Positions 15,866-26,052 of a DNA stretch of 32,000 bases are shown one piece after another. The notes below the pieces were generated by a model. The model had not been told where the DNA came from. It was given only the letters and a program-made list of their open reading frames with translations, and searched no databases. Origin of the DNA: Flavobacteriaceae bacterium (GTDB lineage: Bacteria > Bacteroidota > Bacteroidia > Flavobacteriales > Flavobacteriaceae); the NCBI GenBank assembly GCA_965224465.1, contig OZ245049.1, positions 3,210,001-3,242,000 on the forward strand, given 5' to 3'. How positions within the stretch are numbered: the first letter of the stretch is position 1; each line of letters opens with the position of its first letter. A program made the translations under genes and the position numbers.

Positions 15866-15960
15866 ATAGTGTAGAATAATAAAGTAAGACACTTGTGGTT
15901 GTCCTATTTTTTTATGAGTTATTTTGAAAAACTAATATGTTTTATTGTAAAAAGAGCACA

Positions 15961-15990
15961 AAAAAAGAGGCCTACCCCAGGCCTCTTTTC
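15961..15990 (-). terminator. Strong GC-rich hairpin terminator (bidirectional, better U-run on the minus strand)
   Basis: The stem GAGGCCT pairs with AGGCCTC around the loop ACCCC, and is extended by A/T pairs. It is followed by 7 U on the minus strand and 4 on the plus strand. Confidence 0.65.
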
Positions 15991-16182
15991 GTAATGATAA
16001 GTTATTAACCCCTTAATAACATATTCTAGTAAGAAAAGTTTCGTTTTCTTATGCTAAAACTAATCAGATGACTGCAATTTACGTTTTTTTTTAAGGTTAA
16101 ACACCCTTAACTATCGATGAGTGACGCTTATCTAAGGATGTCTGTTGTGTGCAAAATGGAATAGTGCTTGATTTTTAGCCTT

Positions 16183-18312
16183 TTATTTTTCTGAAAGTTT
16201 TTTAAATCCCATATTAAACAGTGTGAAGCCAAAAATATCTGCATATTGTTCTATGGTTTTAGAAACAGGAGTTCCTGCTCCATGACCTGCATTTGTTTCT
16301 ATCCGTATAAGCACAGGGTTGTTTCCAGATTGTTTGTCTTGGAGCTCTGCTGCAAATTTAAAAGAGTGTGAGGGAACTACTCTATCGTCATGATCTCCTG
16401 TGGTGATCATTGTAGCGGGATAATGAATGCCTTTTTTTACATTGTGTACAGGAGAATATCCTTTTAGGTATTCAAACATTTCTTTGGAGTCTTCTGCGGT
16501 TCCATAGTCATACGCCCATCCAGCTCCTGCTGTAAATGTATGGTAGCGTAACATATCTAGAACGCCCACAGCAGGAAGTGCTACTTTTATTAGTTTGGGT
16601 CTTTGCGTCATGGTGGCTCCTATTAATAAGCCTCCGTTAGATCCTCCTTGGATTGCTAGGAAATCAGGAGAGGTATATTTTTTTTTAATTAGATATTCTG
16701 CAGCGGCTATAAAATCGTCAAATACATTTTGTTTTTTTAGTTTTATTCCTGCGTCATGCCATTTTTTACCGTATTCGCCACCCCCTCTTAAATTGGGGAC
16801 AGCATAAATACCTCCTTGTTCCATCCATACGGCGTTTGCAATGCTAAAACTTGGTGTAAGGCTAATATTGAATCCGCCATAACCGTATAGTATTGTTGGG
16901 TTTTTACCATTAAGTTCCAACCCTTTTTTATGTGTAATAAGCATAGGGATTTTGGTACCGTCTTTAGAGGTGTAAAATACTTGTTTTGTCAGATAGTTAT
17001 CTGGGTTAAAATCAATGGATGGTTTTATATATAGTTTAGAGTCTCCTGTATGTGGGTCAAAACTATAGATAGATCCTGGTGTTTTATAATTTGTGAATGA
17101 GTAGTACAATAGTGTTGCTTCTTTTTTTCCTCCAAAACCTGATATGGTACCTATTCCTGGTAATGTTATTTCTCTGATTAGTTTTCCTTCAAAGTCGTAT
17201 TGTTTTGCTTTTGAAACGGCATCTACCATATATTTCGCAAAAATAAAGCCTCCTGCTATTGATACATCTAAAACATGGTCTGTTTCTGGGAGCACATCTA
17301 TCCAATTCTCTGGCGTAGGATTGTTGGCATTCACTTTTACAATACGCTTGTTTGGAGCATTTAAATTGGTTATCAAATACAAAGTGTCCTCGTTGTTTTC
17401 TATGAGATACGTGTCGCTGTCAAAATTAGTTACGATGGCAATTAGTTTTGCTGCTGGATTTTTTAAATCTAATAGGTATAATTCGTTCCCCGAGGTAGAT
17501 TTGGCGGCAGAAATACTCAAAAATCTATGATCTTTAGTAATGCTACTCCCCACATATCTACGTTTATGAGTTTCTCCAAATAGGACAGGGTCATTCTTTT
17601 GAGCGGTTCCTAGTTTGTGATAAAACAACCGATGTTGATCTGTTTTGGCTGACAGTTCGCTGCCTAGTGGTTTTTCATAACTAGAATAGTAAAAGCCATC
17701 ATTTTTTTTCCAGGTAAGTCCAGAGAATTTAACATCAACCAGCGTGTCTTCTACAATTTTTTTAGTTGCTACATCCATTATAATTACTTTACGCCAGTCG
17801 GATCCTCCTTCGGAAATAGAGTAGGCTACTTTACTTCCATCTTCTGAAAATGAAACAGCTCCAAGCGACGTCGTCCCATCTTTTGAAAACGTGTTTGGGT
17901 CTAGAAAAACACTTGGTTGTTCGTTTATCTTTTGACGGTACAAAACGTTGTGGTTTTGAAGACCATCATTTTTGTAAAAATAGGTGTCATTTCCTTCTGT
18001 AAACGGAGCACCTATTTTTTCGTAATTCCATAATTTCTTTAGCCTGTTTTTAAGTGCATTCCGATAGGGGATAGTGTTTAGGTAGTTAGAAGTAACGTTG
18101 TTCTGGTCGCTTACCCAAGCACCTGTTTCTTCGGACATGTCATCTTCTAGCCATCTGTAAGGATCCTTTGTTTCAGTATCAAAATAGGTTGTAACACTGT
18201 CTACTTTTTTTGTGGTTGGATAGGTCAATTTCATTGCTAATTTATCGTGATTTAAAGAGTTACAACTGCTCATTATTATGGCAGTGGTAAACATAATTAT
18301 AAGGTGTTTCAT
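16183..18312 (-). CDS. Prolyl oligopeptidase (S9A serine peptidase, probable lipoprotein, 709 aa)
   Basis: Signal peptide with lipobox IMSSC, a beta-propeller N-terminal half, the DPYRWLED motif, the catalytic GGSNGG serine motif, and a C-terminal DDRV...AGHGAG Asp/His pair. Confidence 0.92.
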   Translation of the reverse strand: MKHLIIMFTTAIIMSSCNSLNHDKLAMKLTYPTTKKVDSVTTYFDTETKDPYRWLEDDMSEETGAWVSDQNNVTSNYLNTIPYRNALKNRLKKLWNYEKIGAPFTEGNDTYFYKNDGLQNHNVLYRQKINEQPSVFLDPNTFSKDGTTSLGAVSFSEDGSKVAYSISEGGSDWRKVIIMDVATKKIVEDTLVDVKFSGLTWKKNDGFYYSSYEKPLGSELSAKTDQHRLFYHKLGTAQKNDPVLFGETHKRRYVGSSITKDHRFLSISAAKSTSGNELYLLDLKNPAAKLIAIVTNFDSDTYLIENNEDTLYLITNLNAPNKRIVKVNANNPTPENWIDVLPETDHVLDVSIAGGFIFAKYMVDAVSKAKQYDFEGKLIREITLPGIGTISGFGGKKEATLLYYSFTNYKTPGSIYSFDPHTGDSKLYIKPSIDFNPDNYLTKQVFYTSKDGTKIPMLITHKKGLELNGKNPTILYGYGGFNISLTPSFSIANAVWMEQGGIYAVPNLRGGGEYGKKWHDAGIKLKKQNVFDDFIAAAEYLIKKKYTSPDFLAIQGGSNGGLLIGATMTQRPKLIKVALPAVGVLDMLRYHTFTAGAGWAYDYGTAEDSKEMFEYLKGYSPVHNVKKGIHYPATMITTGDHDDRVVPSHSFKFAAELQDKQSGNNPVLIRIETNAGHGAGTPVSKTIEQYADIFGFTLFNMGFKKLSEK

Positions 18313-18337
18313 GGCCGTTTAATCATTGATTGAGATA

Positions 18338-18345
18338 CAAATGTA
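18338..18345 (-). promoter_or_regulatory. -7 box TACATTTG upstream of the prolyl oligopeptidase gene
   Basis: Exact TAnnTTTG match on the minus strand, 25 nt upstream of the ATG. Confidence 0.4.
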
Positions 18346-18491
18346 TAAAAAAAAGATATATTTGATGAATGACTGTTTTAGAAAAGTAATTTGTAACAAT
18401 TATCACTTTGGATGTGATTGTTTTTATGTCAATTTGTCAAAATTAATAAAGGCATAAAATTTGTGTATAAGTGTCTATAAAAAAAACGGAT

Positions 18492-18848
18492 ATGACAGAG
18501 TTATTGACCAAAGAAACCTTTTTAGAAAAGGTGTTTAATTTTGATAAAAATACGGAGTGGAAATACGAAGGGGAATTGCCTTGTATTATAGATTTTTATG
18601 CAGATTGGTGTGGACCATGTAAAATGGTAGCTCCTGTTTTAGAAACCTTGAGTGAAGAATATGAAGGAAAAGTTCTTATTTACAAAGTAAATACGGAAAT
18701 AGAGCAGGAATTAGCCGCAGCTTTTGGTGTGCGTAGTATTCCTACGATGTTGTTTTGTCCTAAAGAAGGAGAGCCTCAAATGGCACAAGGAGCATTGCCT
18801 ATTACGGAGTTTAGGAAATTATTTAAAGATGTTTTACTTGTAGAATAA
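18492..18848 (+). CDS. Thioredoxin (118 aa from the ATG; the tracked ORF begins at a GTG at 18471)
   Basis: WCGPC active site within a typical thioredoxin fold (IIDFYADWCGPCKMVAPVLE...IPTMLF). The choice of start between GTG 18471 and ATG 18492 is uncertain. Confidence 0.88.
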   Translation: MTELLTKETFLEKVFNFDKNTEWKYEGELPCIIDFYADWCGPCKMVAPVLETLSEEYEGKVLIYKVNTEIEQELAAAFGVRSIPTMLFCPKEGEPQMAQGALPITEFRKLFKDVLLVE

Positions 18849-18881
18849 GAAATGAAACAGCTGAAATAAATAGATAAAAGT

Positions 18882-18917
18882 AAAAAAGAGCTGATACATA
18901 TGTATCAGCTCTTTTTT
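18882..18917. terminator. Bidirectional intrinsic terminator between the thioredoxin and dehydrogenase genes
   Basis: Perfect palindrome AAAAAAGAGCTGATACA-TA-TGTATCAGCTCTTTTTT, flanked by an A-run and a T-run and placed between convergent genes. Confidence 0.8.
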
Positions 18918-19095
18918 GTACTTACGGCCCTTCTGAAATAGCGATTCGCCAAAATTAATAGTGTAATGAAAACATCCGATACACTACGTATGTGAAGCGT
19001 AGTCAAAAAGACCATTCGGTTACTTTTTTGAGGATGTTGTTACGGCAATGTATTTCCTTGATTGTCGATTATATCCATAATTGAGTACGTTTAGT

Positions 19096-20031
19096 CTAGA
19101 TTATTTTCGATATTTTATCTACAATGGTTTCTGATAGTTTTATATTAGATTCCTCAGTCCATCCTGCTATATGTGGTGATAGTAAAACATTTGATGCTTG
19201 TATCAAAAAGCTAAAAGCAGGGGGTAATTCCTTGTTTTCGAATAAGTTTTCAAAACTTAATTTTTCATATTCTAATACATCTAAACAGGCTCCAAGAATT
19301 TTTTTAGAACGTAGAGCTGTGACCAAATCATCTGTTTTAACGGCAGAACCACGTGCTGTATTTATCAAATAAAAAGGTTTTTTAAACTGATTGATAAACG
19401 CAGTGTTAAGCATGTTGTGAGAATGTTTATTAAAAGGTGTGTGAAAACTAATTACATCTGCAGTGTTTTGTAATTCGCTCAAACTTACCTGTTTAGAGTA
19501 TATATCTCCCATGTTGGGTAAAAGATCATAGCAAATTACATGTACGTCAAAACCTTGTAGTTTTTTTGCAAATGCTTGTCCCATGTTTCCATATCCTATA
19601 ATACCTACGGTTTTACCTTCGAGTTCTATTCCTCTGTTTTTTTCTCTATTCCACATACCTTTTCTGATTTCTAAGTCTGCTTGTTTGAGATTATTAAAAA
19701 GAGCTAAAAGCATTCCTAATGCGTGTTCGCCTACCGCATTTCTATTTCCTTCGGGAGCAGAAATTAATGCAATTCCTTTAGATGCAGCATAATCTACGTC
19801 TATACTTTCAAGTCCCGCTCCAACACGGGCAATGAATTTTAATTGCGTGGCTTTATCAATAAAATCCTTGTAAATATTAAATCTACTACGGATAATAATT
19901 CCGTCATATAGGTGAATTGTGTTTTCGATTTCTTCTTTAGAAGTTGTATAGGCTTCCACACAGTGACAACCCAGTTTTTCGAGTCTAGCTTTTAGTAGTT
20001 CATGATTTTTGTCAATAAAAAGAACCTTCAT
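19096..20031 (-). CDS. D-isomer-specific 2-hydroxyacid dehydrogenase family protein (311 aa)
   Basis: NAD-binding GIIGYGNMGQ motif and a catalytic Arg/Glu/His context (NTARG, LDVLEYE, SPHIAGWT). Its start codon directly abuts the panB stop with no gap. Confidence 0.85.
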   Translation of the reverse strand: MKVLFIDKNHELLKARLEKLGCHCVEAYTTSKEEIENTIHLYDGIIIRSRFNIYKDFIDKATQLKFIARVGAGLESIDVDYAASKGIALISAPEGNRNAVGEHALGMLLALFNNLKQADLEIRKGMWNREKNRGIELEGKTVGIIGYGNMGQAFAKKLQGFDVHVICYDLLPNMGDIYSKQVSLSELQNTADVISFHTPFNKHSHNMLNTAFINQFKKPFYLINTARGSAVKTDDLVTALRSKKILGACLDVLEYEKLSFENLFENKELPPAFSFLIQASNVLLSPHIAGWTEESNIKLSETIVDKISKII

Positions 20032-20850
20032 TTAATACTGTTCTTTATCATTTGGAAAATCACCACTTTTTACGTCGGCACTGTACTTTTGAAAAGCTTC
20101 TTTCATTTGGTCGTACATATCTAAGTATCTACGTAAAAAACGAGGATTAAATTCGTGCGTCATTCCAAGCATGTCATGTGTCACCAATACTTGTCCGTCA
20201 ACGCCATTTCCAGCACCAATACCAATGACAGGGATAGAAATACTTTCTGCTACTTTTTGAGCCAAACTTGCAGGTACTTTTTCTATGACTAACGCAAAAC
20301 AGCCTAGTTTTTCTAACAACTTGGCGTCTTTCATTAATTTAATGGCTTCTTCTTCCTCTTTGGCACGTACGGTATAGGTTCCAAATTTGTAGATGGACTG
20401 TGGGGTAAGTCCCAAGTGACCCATTACAGGAATTCCAGCATTTAGAATCCGTTTTATAGATTGTTTAATTTCTGAACCACCTTCCATTTTCACTGCATGA
20501 CCTCCAGATTCCTTCATAATTCTAATCGCAGAGCGTAGGGCTAGTTTAGGATCTGATTGGTAATTCCCAAATGGTAAGTCTACAACAACTAAACTTCGGG
20601 TAATTCCTCGCACCACAGAACTGGCATGATAAATCATCTGATCTAGCGTAATAGGGAGCGTGGTTTCGTGACCAGCCATCACATTTGAGGCTGAATCTCC
20701 AACCAAGATAACATCAATATTGGCACCATCAACTATTTTTGCCATGGTGTAGTCGTATGCTGTAAGCATTGAGATTTTTTGACCATGAGCTTTCATATCC
20801 ACAAGGGATTTGGTGGTAATTCTTTTGTATTTTTTTTTTGTGACAGACAT
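20032..20850 (-). CDS. panB: 3-methyl-2-oxobutanoate hydroxymethyltransferase (272 aa)
   Basis: Carries [24 protein letters not shown] and GHLGLTPQS, which are canonical PanB motifs over the full length. Confidence 0.95.
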   Translation of the reverse strand: MSVTKKKYKRITTKSLVDMKAHGQKISMLTAYDYTMAKIVDGANIDVILVGDSASNVMAGHETTLPITLDQMIYHASSVVRGITRSLVVVDLPFGNYQSDPKLALRSAIRIMKESGGHAVKMEGGSEIKQSIKRILNAGIPVMGHLGLTPQSIYKFGTYTVRAKEEEEAIKLMKDAKLLEKLGCFALVIEKVPASLAQKVAESISIPVIGIGAGNGVDGQVLVTHDMLGMTHEFNPRFLRRYLDMYDQMKEAFQKYSADVKSGDFPNDKEQY

Positions 20851-21146
20851 AATTCTGTATTTTATATATTTGGTAAAAATACAAAAAATAGTGTTGGTAA
20901 TTTTAAACAGGATAATTATTTTAATGTCTTAAAATTTGCGTATTATAAATAAAATGATGTATTTTGTTCATGTCTTTATGGTTTTTAAAGATTTGGATGT
21001 ATACTTTCCCTTTTAGAATTTATGTTCTATTCTCTAATTTTATTTTATTAAAATTATTATTTGCTAAAGTTGTCTTTTATAGGGGTTTGGCTGTAACACT
21101 ATTCGTATATTTATTTGTGTATATGGAATAGACTAAAGAAAAAAAT

Positions 21147-24100
21147 ATGAAAAGAGAAAACAATCAGTTATCGGAACGGTTTTTTTCAATACCTAATTTT
21201 ATGGGTAAAGGAGATGAAAGTGAGGGAGAGTCTTCTGTTTTTGATGCATTGCCAACAGCTATTTGGGTTTTGGATCTTGAAAAGGTGGTTTTTACTACAG
21301 AAATTATGTTGAAAGAACTCAATACAGATTTAAAATCCTTATTAAATTCCACAAAATATTATTTGAAATTAATTTCTCTTATTCAGGTTAAGTCTGTAAA
21401 TATTGCTGCGGTTCAGCTGTATAAAGCTTCAAGTAAAATGGAACTTAAGAATCAGTTTTTAACGGTATTTATTGATTTTACTAGCGGTGAATTTAAACTA
21501 TTTATGTTAAATGTATTGTCTCGTAAATTGGGAGGTGAGTATGTGGGAAAGCATAAAAATGTAGGAGGAGGTATTCTTAATGTTAATGTAAACTATAAAA
21601 TAGAAGAGATTGAGAAGAATATCGTTTTTTGTTCGGTAGTAGAAAATAAAGAAATGGTGTCAGAGATTTCTAAACCATTGATGCGGGTGGTTCAAAATAC
21701 ACCCCAAGAAGCAGGTTGGGTTTATGATGTTCGTACGCGAAAAATTGAATGGTCGGAGGAAGTTTTTGAACTTTTAGAAAGGAGTTCTGATCAAGATTCA
21801 ACGGGCGTGTCTCGGATTATGAGTATTGTGCATCCTAGGGATAAAGTAAGATTATTAGAACATTATGTTTCTTTATTTAAACTGGAAAAAATAAAACCAG
21901 TTTGTTTTACAGTTGTTTTAAAAAACGAAGTCGAATTAAACATTGAGGAGCGTTACACCGTTGTTAAAAATGCGACTTATGGAAACATAGAAACAATTCT
22001 TGCTGTTATGCATGTTGTAAGTCCAAAAGTAGAATTAAATATAGAAAAAGAAATGTCTTATGAATATATGACTTCTGGGAAGCGGGCTTCTTTTTTATGG
22101 AAAACAAGTGAAGGTTGGCCAGTAGAGCAAGTTTCGGATGGCGTGGAAGCAATCTTAGGATATTCAACAAAAGATTTTTTGAAGGACGGATTATTGTACA
22201 AAGATATCATTCATAAAGATGATTTAAAATGGATGTCAGAGAAACGTGATTATATATGGTCCACTGCAGAGGAAACTGATTCTTTAAGACCTTATAGAAT
22301 TATTTCTAAATCGGGGAATATAAAATGGATAGTTGCTAGATATATCTTACATAGAAATAAGAATGGAGATGTAACACATTATAATGGATTTATAGAAGAT
22401 GTTACTAAGAGCAAATGCTTGGACATTGTTTTTGAAAAAATAAAAGTAACTACGATTGGATTGACATGTCAAGCATATTTAGATGCAGTAGGAAAGGGGA
22501 TTGCGAATGCTATAGGTGCTGATTATTTGATGATTGGTTATCGCAATGATAAACTTTTAAATCGCATTGAGCTTGTTACAAATTATGCCAACGGTGCATT
22601 TTTAGAGAAGTATACGTATTCTGATAAAGATACTCCTTGTGGTTTAGTTTCAACGGATAAAGCAAAAGTTTATAAGAAAGATGTAGTAAACCTTTTCCCA
22701 AAGGATACTTCATTAAAGGAGATGGAGGCAGAGGGCTATATTGGTTTAAATATAAAAAATAATGAGTACAAAGCCATAGGGCTTATTTCAGCAGTATTTA
22801 AAAAGCCTTTAGAAAATGCAGAATTTGACGTGGCTGTAATGGAGCAATTTGTAAACAGAATTGGTCCAGAAATTCAGGAGTTAAAACTGAAAGAGTTACT
22901 TGTAAAGAAAGAAGAAGAAGCAAGAGCCTTGTTTACAGATTCTCCTATTGCGATGTGGATAGAAGATTACTCAGAGGTATACCGTTTTTTAAAAGAGATT
23001 AAAAAAGAAAAAATTGTTAATTTTAGAGCGTATCTTGAAAAAGATCCAAAAACACTTTCTAAGATACGAAAGCTGATTAAAATAGTTGGAATAAACGATA
23101 AATGTATTGAGTTGTCAAAAGCAAAAGACAAGCAAGAACTCTTGGATAGGTTTCATGAAACGGTGACCAAGAGCACCTTGGATACGCTAAAAGAAATTGT
23201 AACAGCTTTTTATAATAATAAGTACACCTATACTGGAGAGATGACGGTTAGGAATTTAAAAGGAGCCTACAGGGATGTCGCAGTAAGTCTATTGGTTCCA
23301 CCAATGAATAGAGAATTGTACGACAAGGTGATTGTTACAGTTGTTGATGTTACGATTAGAAAAAAAACAGTAGAATCTCTCGCTCAAAAAAAATTGTATT
23401 TAGAAAATTATATAGATAGTATTCCTTTGCCTTCAATGATGTGGGATACAAATTATAGATGTATTAAATGGAATAAGACCGCCGAGGTTATGTTTGGTTA
23501 TTCCGAGAAAGAAATGCTGGGGGAACATTTTAAGACATTGTTTTTTAATAAAATTAATTTTGAAGACACTAAAGAAAGTTGGTTGATTGCAATTGCTAAA
23601 TATGGGAAGTTTCAAAAAACAACGGACAATGCGACAAAATCTGGAGAAATAATTAGTTGTAGTTGGAATGTTATGGCCGTGAAGAATGATAAATCACAGG
23701 TGATAGGGTATATTACCTTGGCAGAAAATATTACAGAACGCATTAAAGAAGAAAGAAGAAAAGAAGCCATATTAAGAATTTCAAAAGCCGCCATATCAAA
23801 TATCTCTTTAAAAGATTTTTATAAATTAACCCATCAAGAGATGTCTAGATTCTTAGATGCAGAAAATTGTTTTATTGCGGTATGTGATATAGAATCTAAC
23901 CTTATACATAAAGATTTTAGGGTTTCTACAAAAGACACCATTATTGTAGACTTAGAAATGGATGCCAGCTTGACGGGTTTGGTAATTAAGAAAAAGAAAT
24001 CTATGTTGCTTAAAACTCAAGAGATTATAGATTTAAAGGTGCAGCACGGAATTGCAACAATAGGTGAAGAAACAAAAACATGGATAGGAACTCCGCTTAT

Positions 24101-25403
24101 TGTAAAAGATAAATGTATAGGAGCTATTGTAGTGAAGAACTTTGAAAACGAAGTTGCTTATACGCAAAAAGATGTGGAGAATTTAGAGTTGATTGCAAAT
24201 TCTATAAGTGGTGTTATCGAGCGGAAAAGAGCCGCAAAGAAACTCAAAATTGCACTCAAAAAAGCACTGCAATCAGAGTCGTTAAAAACATCTTTTTTGG
24301 CAAATATGAGCCATGAAATTAGAACTCCTATGAATGGAATTGTTGGGTTTTCTGAATTGTTAAGTGATTCTGAATTACAAGAAGAGGACCGTAAACATTA
24401 TACCCAACTAATTATAGATAGTAGTAAACAATTGTTAAATATTGTAAATGATATTTTAGATATTTCTCAGATAGAAGCAGGGATGATTCATTTAAAACCC
24501 GAAATTTTTGACATAAATAGCCTTTTGAAACATTTGATAGAGTTACACCAAGTAAAAGCAAATGTGAAGGGAATAGAATTAATATTAGATCCTTTTTTGA
24601 ATACAGAATTAAGGATAAATACAGATAAAACGAAATTACTTCAGGTATTTTCAAACTTGGTTTCAAATGCCATTAAATTTACAAATAAGGGTTTTGTTAG
24701 AGTTGGGTATCACTTAAAAGGGGAGATGTTGGAGTTTTATGTAGAGGATTCTGGTATCGGGATTCCAGAAAAATTCCATTTAAAAATATTCAATAGGTTT
24801 ATTCAAACCAATGAAAAAACCAAAAAACAATCCAAGGGAAATGGCTTAGGATTGGCTATTTGTAAATCGTTTGTAGAACTGTTTGGAGGAGAGATTTGGA
24901 TTGATAGATCTAATGATGAGGGGACAAAAATTTGTTTTAATTTACCTTATAAGTTTATTGCTCCAAAATTAAAAACAACAGTATCTGTTAATGTTTCTAG
25001 CGTAGAGGAAGTGAAAAAGAAGGATGTAACATTGTTAATTGCAGAAGACGAGATTAATAACATGGTGTTTTTAGAAGAGGTTTTTTCTAGAACAACCTAC
25101 ACAATTTTACAGGTTGAAAACGGAAGGGACGCAGTGGAAGCTTGTGCTAAGAATAAGGATATAGATATTGTGTTGATGGATGTTAAGATGCCTATTATGA
25201 ACGGGCTAGATGCTTCGGAAATCATAAAAAAGAACAGGCCTAATTTGCCTATTATCGCCTTGTCTGCTTTTGCTATGGAGTCCGACATTAAATATGCCTT
25301 GAGTAAAGGATGTGACACGTACATTTCAAAACCAATTAACAGAAAATTATTATTAAAAACTATTGTAGAACTGGTTTCCAATGCCAAGGAAAATAAAATG
25401 TAA
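21147..25403 (+). CDS. Soluble hybrid sensor histidine kinase/response regulator with multiple PAS and two GAF-like modules (1418 aa)
   Basis: No TM segments are seen. There are several PAS-like modules, for example WKTSEGWPVEQVSDGVEAILGYS and MWDTNYRCIKWNKTAEVMFGYSEKEM, and two GAF-like blocks. Kinase motifs are the H-box SHEIRTPMNGI, the N-box SNLVSNAIKFT, G1 DSGIGIP and G2 GNGLGLAICK. A C-terminal receiver domain is present (LLIAEDE...LMDVKMP...KP). Confidence 0.9.
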   Translation: MKRENNQLSERFFSIPNFMGKGDESEGESSVFDALPTAIWVLDLEKVVFTTEIMLKELNTDLKSLLNSTKYYLKLISLIQVKSVNIAAVQLYKASSKMELKNQFLTVFIDFTSGEFKLFMLNVLSRKLGGEYVGKHKNVGGGILNVNVNYKIEEIEKNIVFCSVVENKEMVSEISKPLMRVVQNTPQEAGWVYDVRTRKIEWSEEVFELLERSSDQDSTGVSRIMSIVHPRDKVRLLEHYVSLFKLEKIKPVCFTVVLKNEVELNIEERYTVVKNATYGNIETILAVMHVVSPKVELNIEKEMSYEYMTSGKRASFLWKTSEGWPVEQVSDGVEAILGYSTKDFLKDGLLYKDIIHKDDLKWMSEKRDYIWSTAEETDSLRPYRIISKSGNIKWIVARYILHRNKNGDVTHYNGFIEDVTKSKCLDIVFEKIKVTTIGLTCQAYLDAVGKGIANAIGADYLMIGYRNDKLLNRIELVTNYANGAFLEKYTYSDKDTPCGLVSTDKAKVYKKDVVNLFPKDTSLKEMEAEGYIGLNIKNNEYKAIGLISAVFKKPLENAEFDVAVMEQFVNRIGPEIQELKLKELLVKKEEEARALFTDSPIAMWIEDYSEVYRFLKEIKKEKIVNFRAYLEKDPKTLSKIRKLIKIVGINDKCIELSKAKDKQELLDRFHETVTKSTLDTLKEIVTAFYNNKYTYTGEMTVRNLKGAYRDVAVSLLVPPMNRELYDKVIVTVVDVTIRKKTVESLAQKKLYLENYIDSIPLPSMMWDTNYRCIKWNKTAEVMFGYSEKEMLGEHFKTLFFNKINFEDTKESWLIAIAKYGKFQKTTDNATKSGEIISCSWNVMAVKNDKSQVIGYITLAENITERIKEERRKEAILRISKAAISNISLKDFYKLTHQEMSRFLDAENCFIAVCDIESNLIHKDFRVSTKDTIIVDLEMDASLTGLVIKKKKSMLLKTQEIIDLKVQHGIATIGEETKTWIGTPLIVKDKCIGAIVVKNFENEVAYTQKDVENLELIANSISGVIERKRAAKKLKIALKKALQSESLKTSFLANMSHEIRTPMNGIVGFSELLSDSELQEEDRKHYTQLIIDSSKQLLNIVNDILDISQIEAGMIHLKPEIFDINSLLKHLIELHQVKANVKGIELILDPFLNTELRINTDKTKLLQVFSNLVSNAIKFTNKGFVRVGYHLKGEMLEFYVEDSGIGIPEKFHLKIFNRFIQTNEKTKKQSKGNGLGLAICKSFVELFGGEIWIDRSNDEGTKICFNLPYKFIAPKLKTTVSVNVSSVEEVKKKDVTLLIAEDEINNMVFLEEVFSRTTYTILQVENGRDAVEACAKNKDIDIVLMDVKMPIMNGLDASEIIKKNRPNLPIIALSAFAMESDIKYALSKGCDTYISKPINRKLLLKTIVELVSNAKENKM

Positions 25404-25468
25404 TTGTATTTTGTTAAAAATTGTATATTGCGGTAGCCAACATTAATTTCTATAAAGTACGCTCACAA

Positions 25469-26038
25469 ATGTCCCTTGATAAAATACACAGTTTAAATCC
25501 AAATAAATGGGTAGAATTATACGCAGATTACTTGTTTAATTATACCATTTCTAGAGTTGATGATCATGATATTTCGAAAGATATAATTCAAGAAACATTT
25601 TATTCAGCACTTAAGTCTGTACCTAATTTTAAAGGTTTGGCGAGTGAAAGAACTTGGTTGATTTCTATCTTAAAAAGAAAAATAATTGATTATTATAGAA
25701 AAATAAATTCTATAAAAGGAAAATCTGAGATTCGTATAAGTTTTTATCAGGCAGGTGAGCAAGAAGGAAATTGGATTGAAGAAAGGGTGCCTGCAAAATG
25801 GGAGAACACTAGTGATTATGACTTGGAACAAGAAGAACTCTCCCAAACATTGGTTCATTGTATTGGTGGCTTGCCAGAAAAATATGCAATGGTATTTAAA
25901 ATGAAAACAGTCCAGAAAATGGAAACAGAAGATATTTGTAAGGACTTGGACATAACTCCGTCAAATCTATGGGTTATAATACATAGAGCTCGGACACAAT
26001 TACGTGCTTGTATGGAGAAGAATTGGTTTAATAAATAA
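25469..26038 (+). CDS. ECF-type sigma-70 family RNA polymerase sigma factor (about 189 aa)
   Basis: Region 2 (DDHDISKDIIQETFYSALKS, RTWLISILKRKIIDYYR) and the region 4 HTH (EDICKDLDITPSNLWVIIHRARTQLR). I chose the ATG at 25469 over the upstream TTG of the tracked ORF. Confidence 0.88.
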   Translation: MSLDKIHSLNPNKWVELYADYLFNYTISRVDDHDISKDIIQETFYSALKSVPNFKGLASERTWLISILKRKIIDYYRKINSIKGKSEIRISFYQAGEQEGNWIEERVPAKWENTSDYDLEQEELSQTLVHCIGGLPEKYAMVFKMKTVQKMETEDICKDLDITPSNLWVIIHRARTQLRACMEKNWFNK

Positions 26039-26052
26039 CAACAATTGTAAAG

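Noticed and set aside
16595-17530. Plus-strand ORFs of 70 and 128 aa inside the prolyl oligopeptidase gene, and similar ones in the mutS, rsmI and dehydrogenase genes
   Set aside because: They are antisense to motif-complete enzymes and have no independent signals.
21164-25387. Several 60-96-aa minus-strand ORFs within the histidine kinase gene
   Set aside because: All are antisense to a continuous 1418-aa ORF with canonical HisKA, HATPase and REC motifs. They are AT-rich chance frames.
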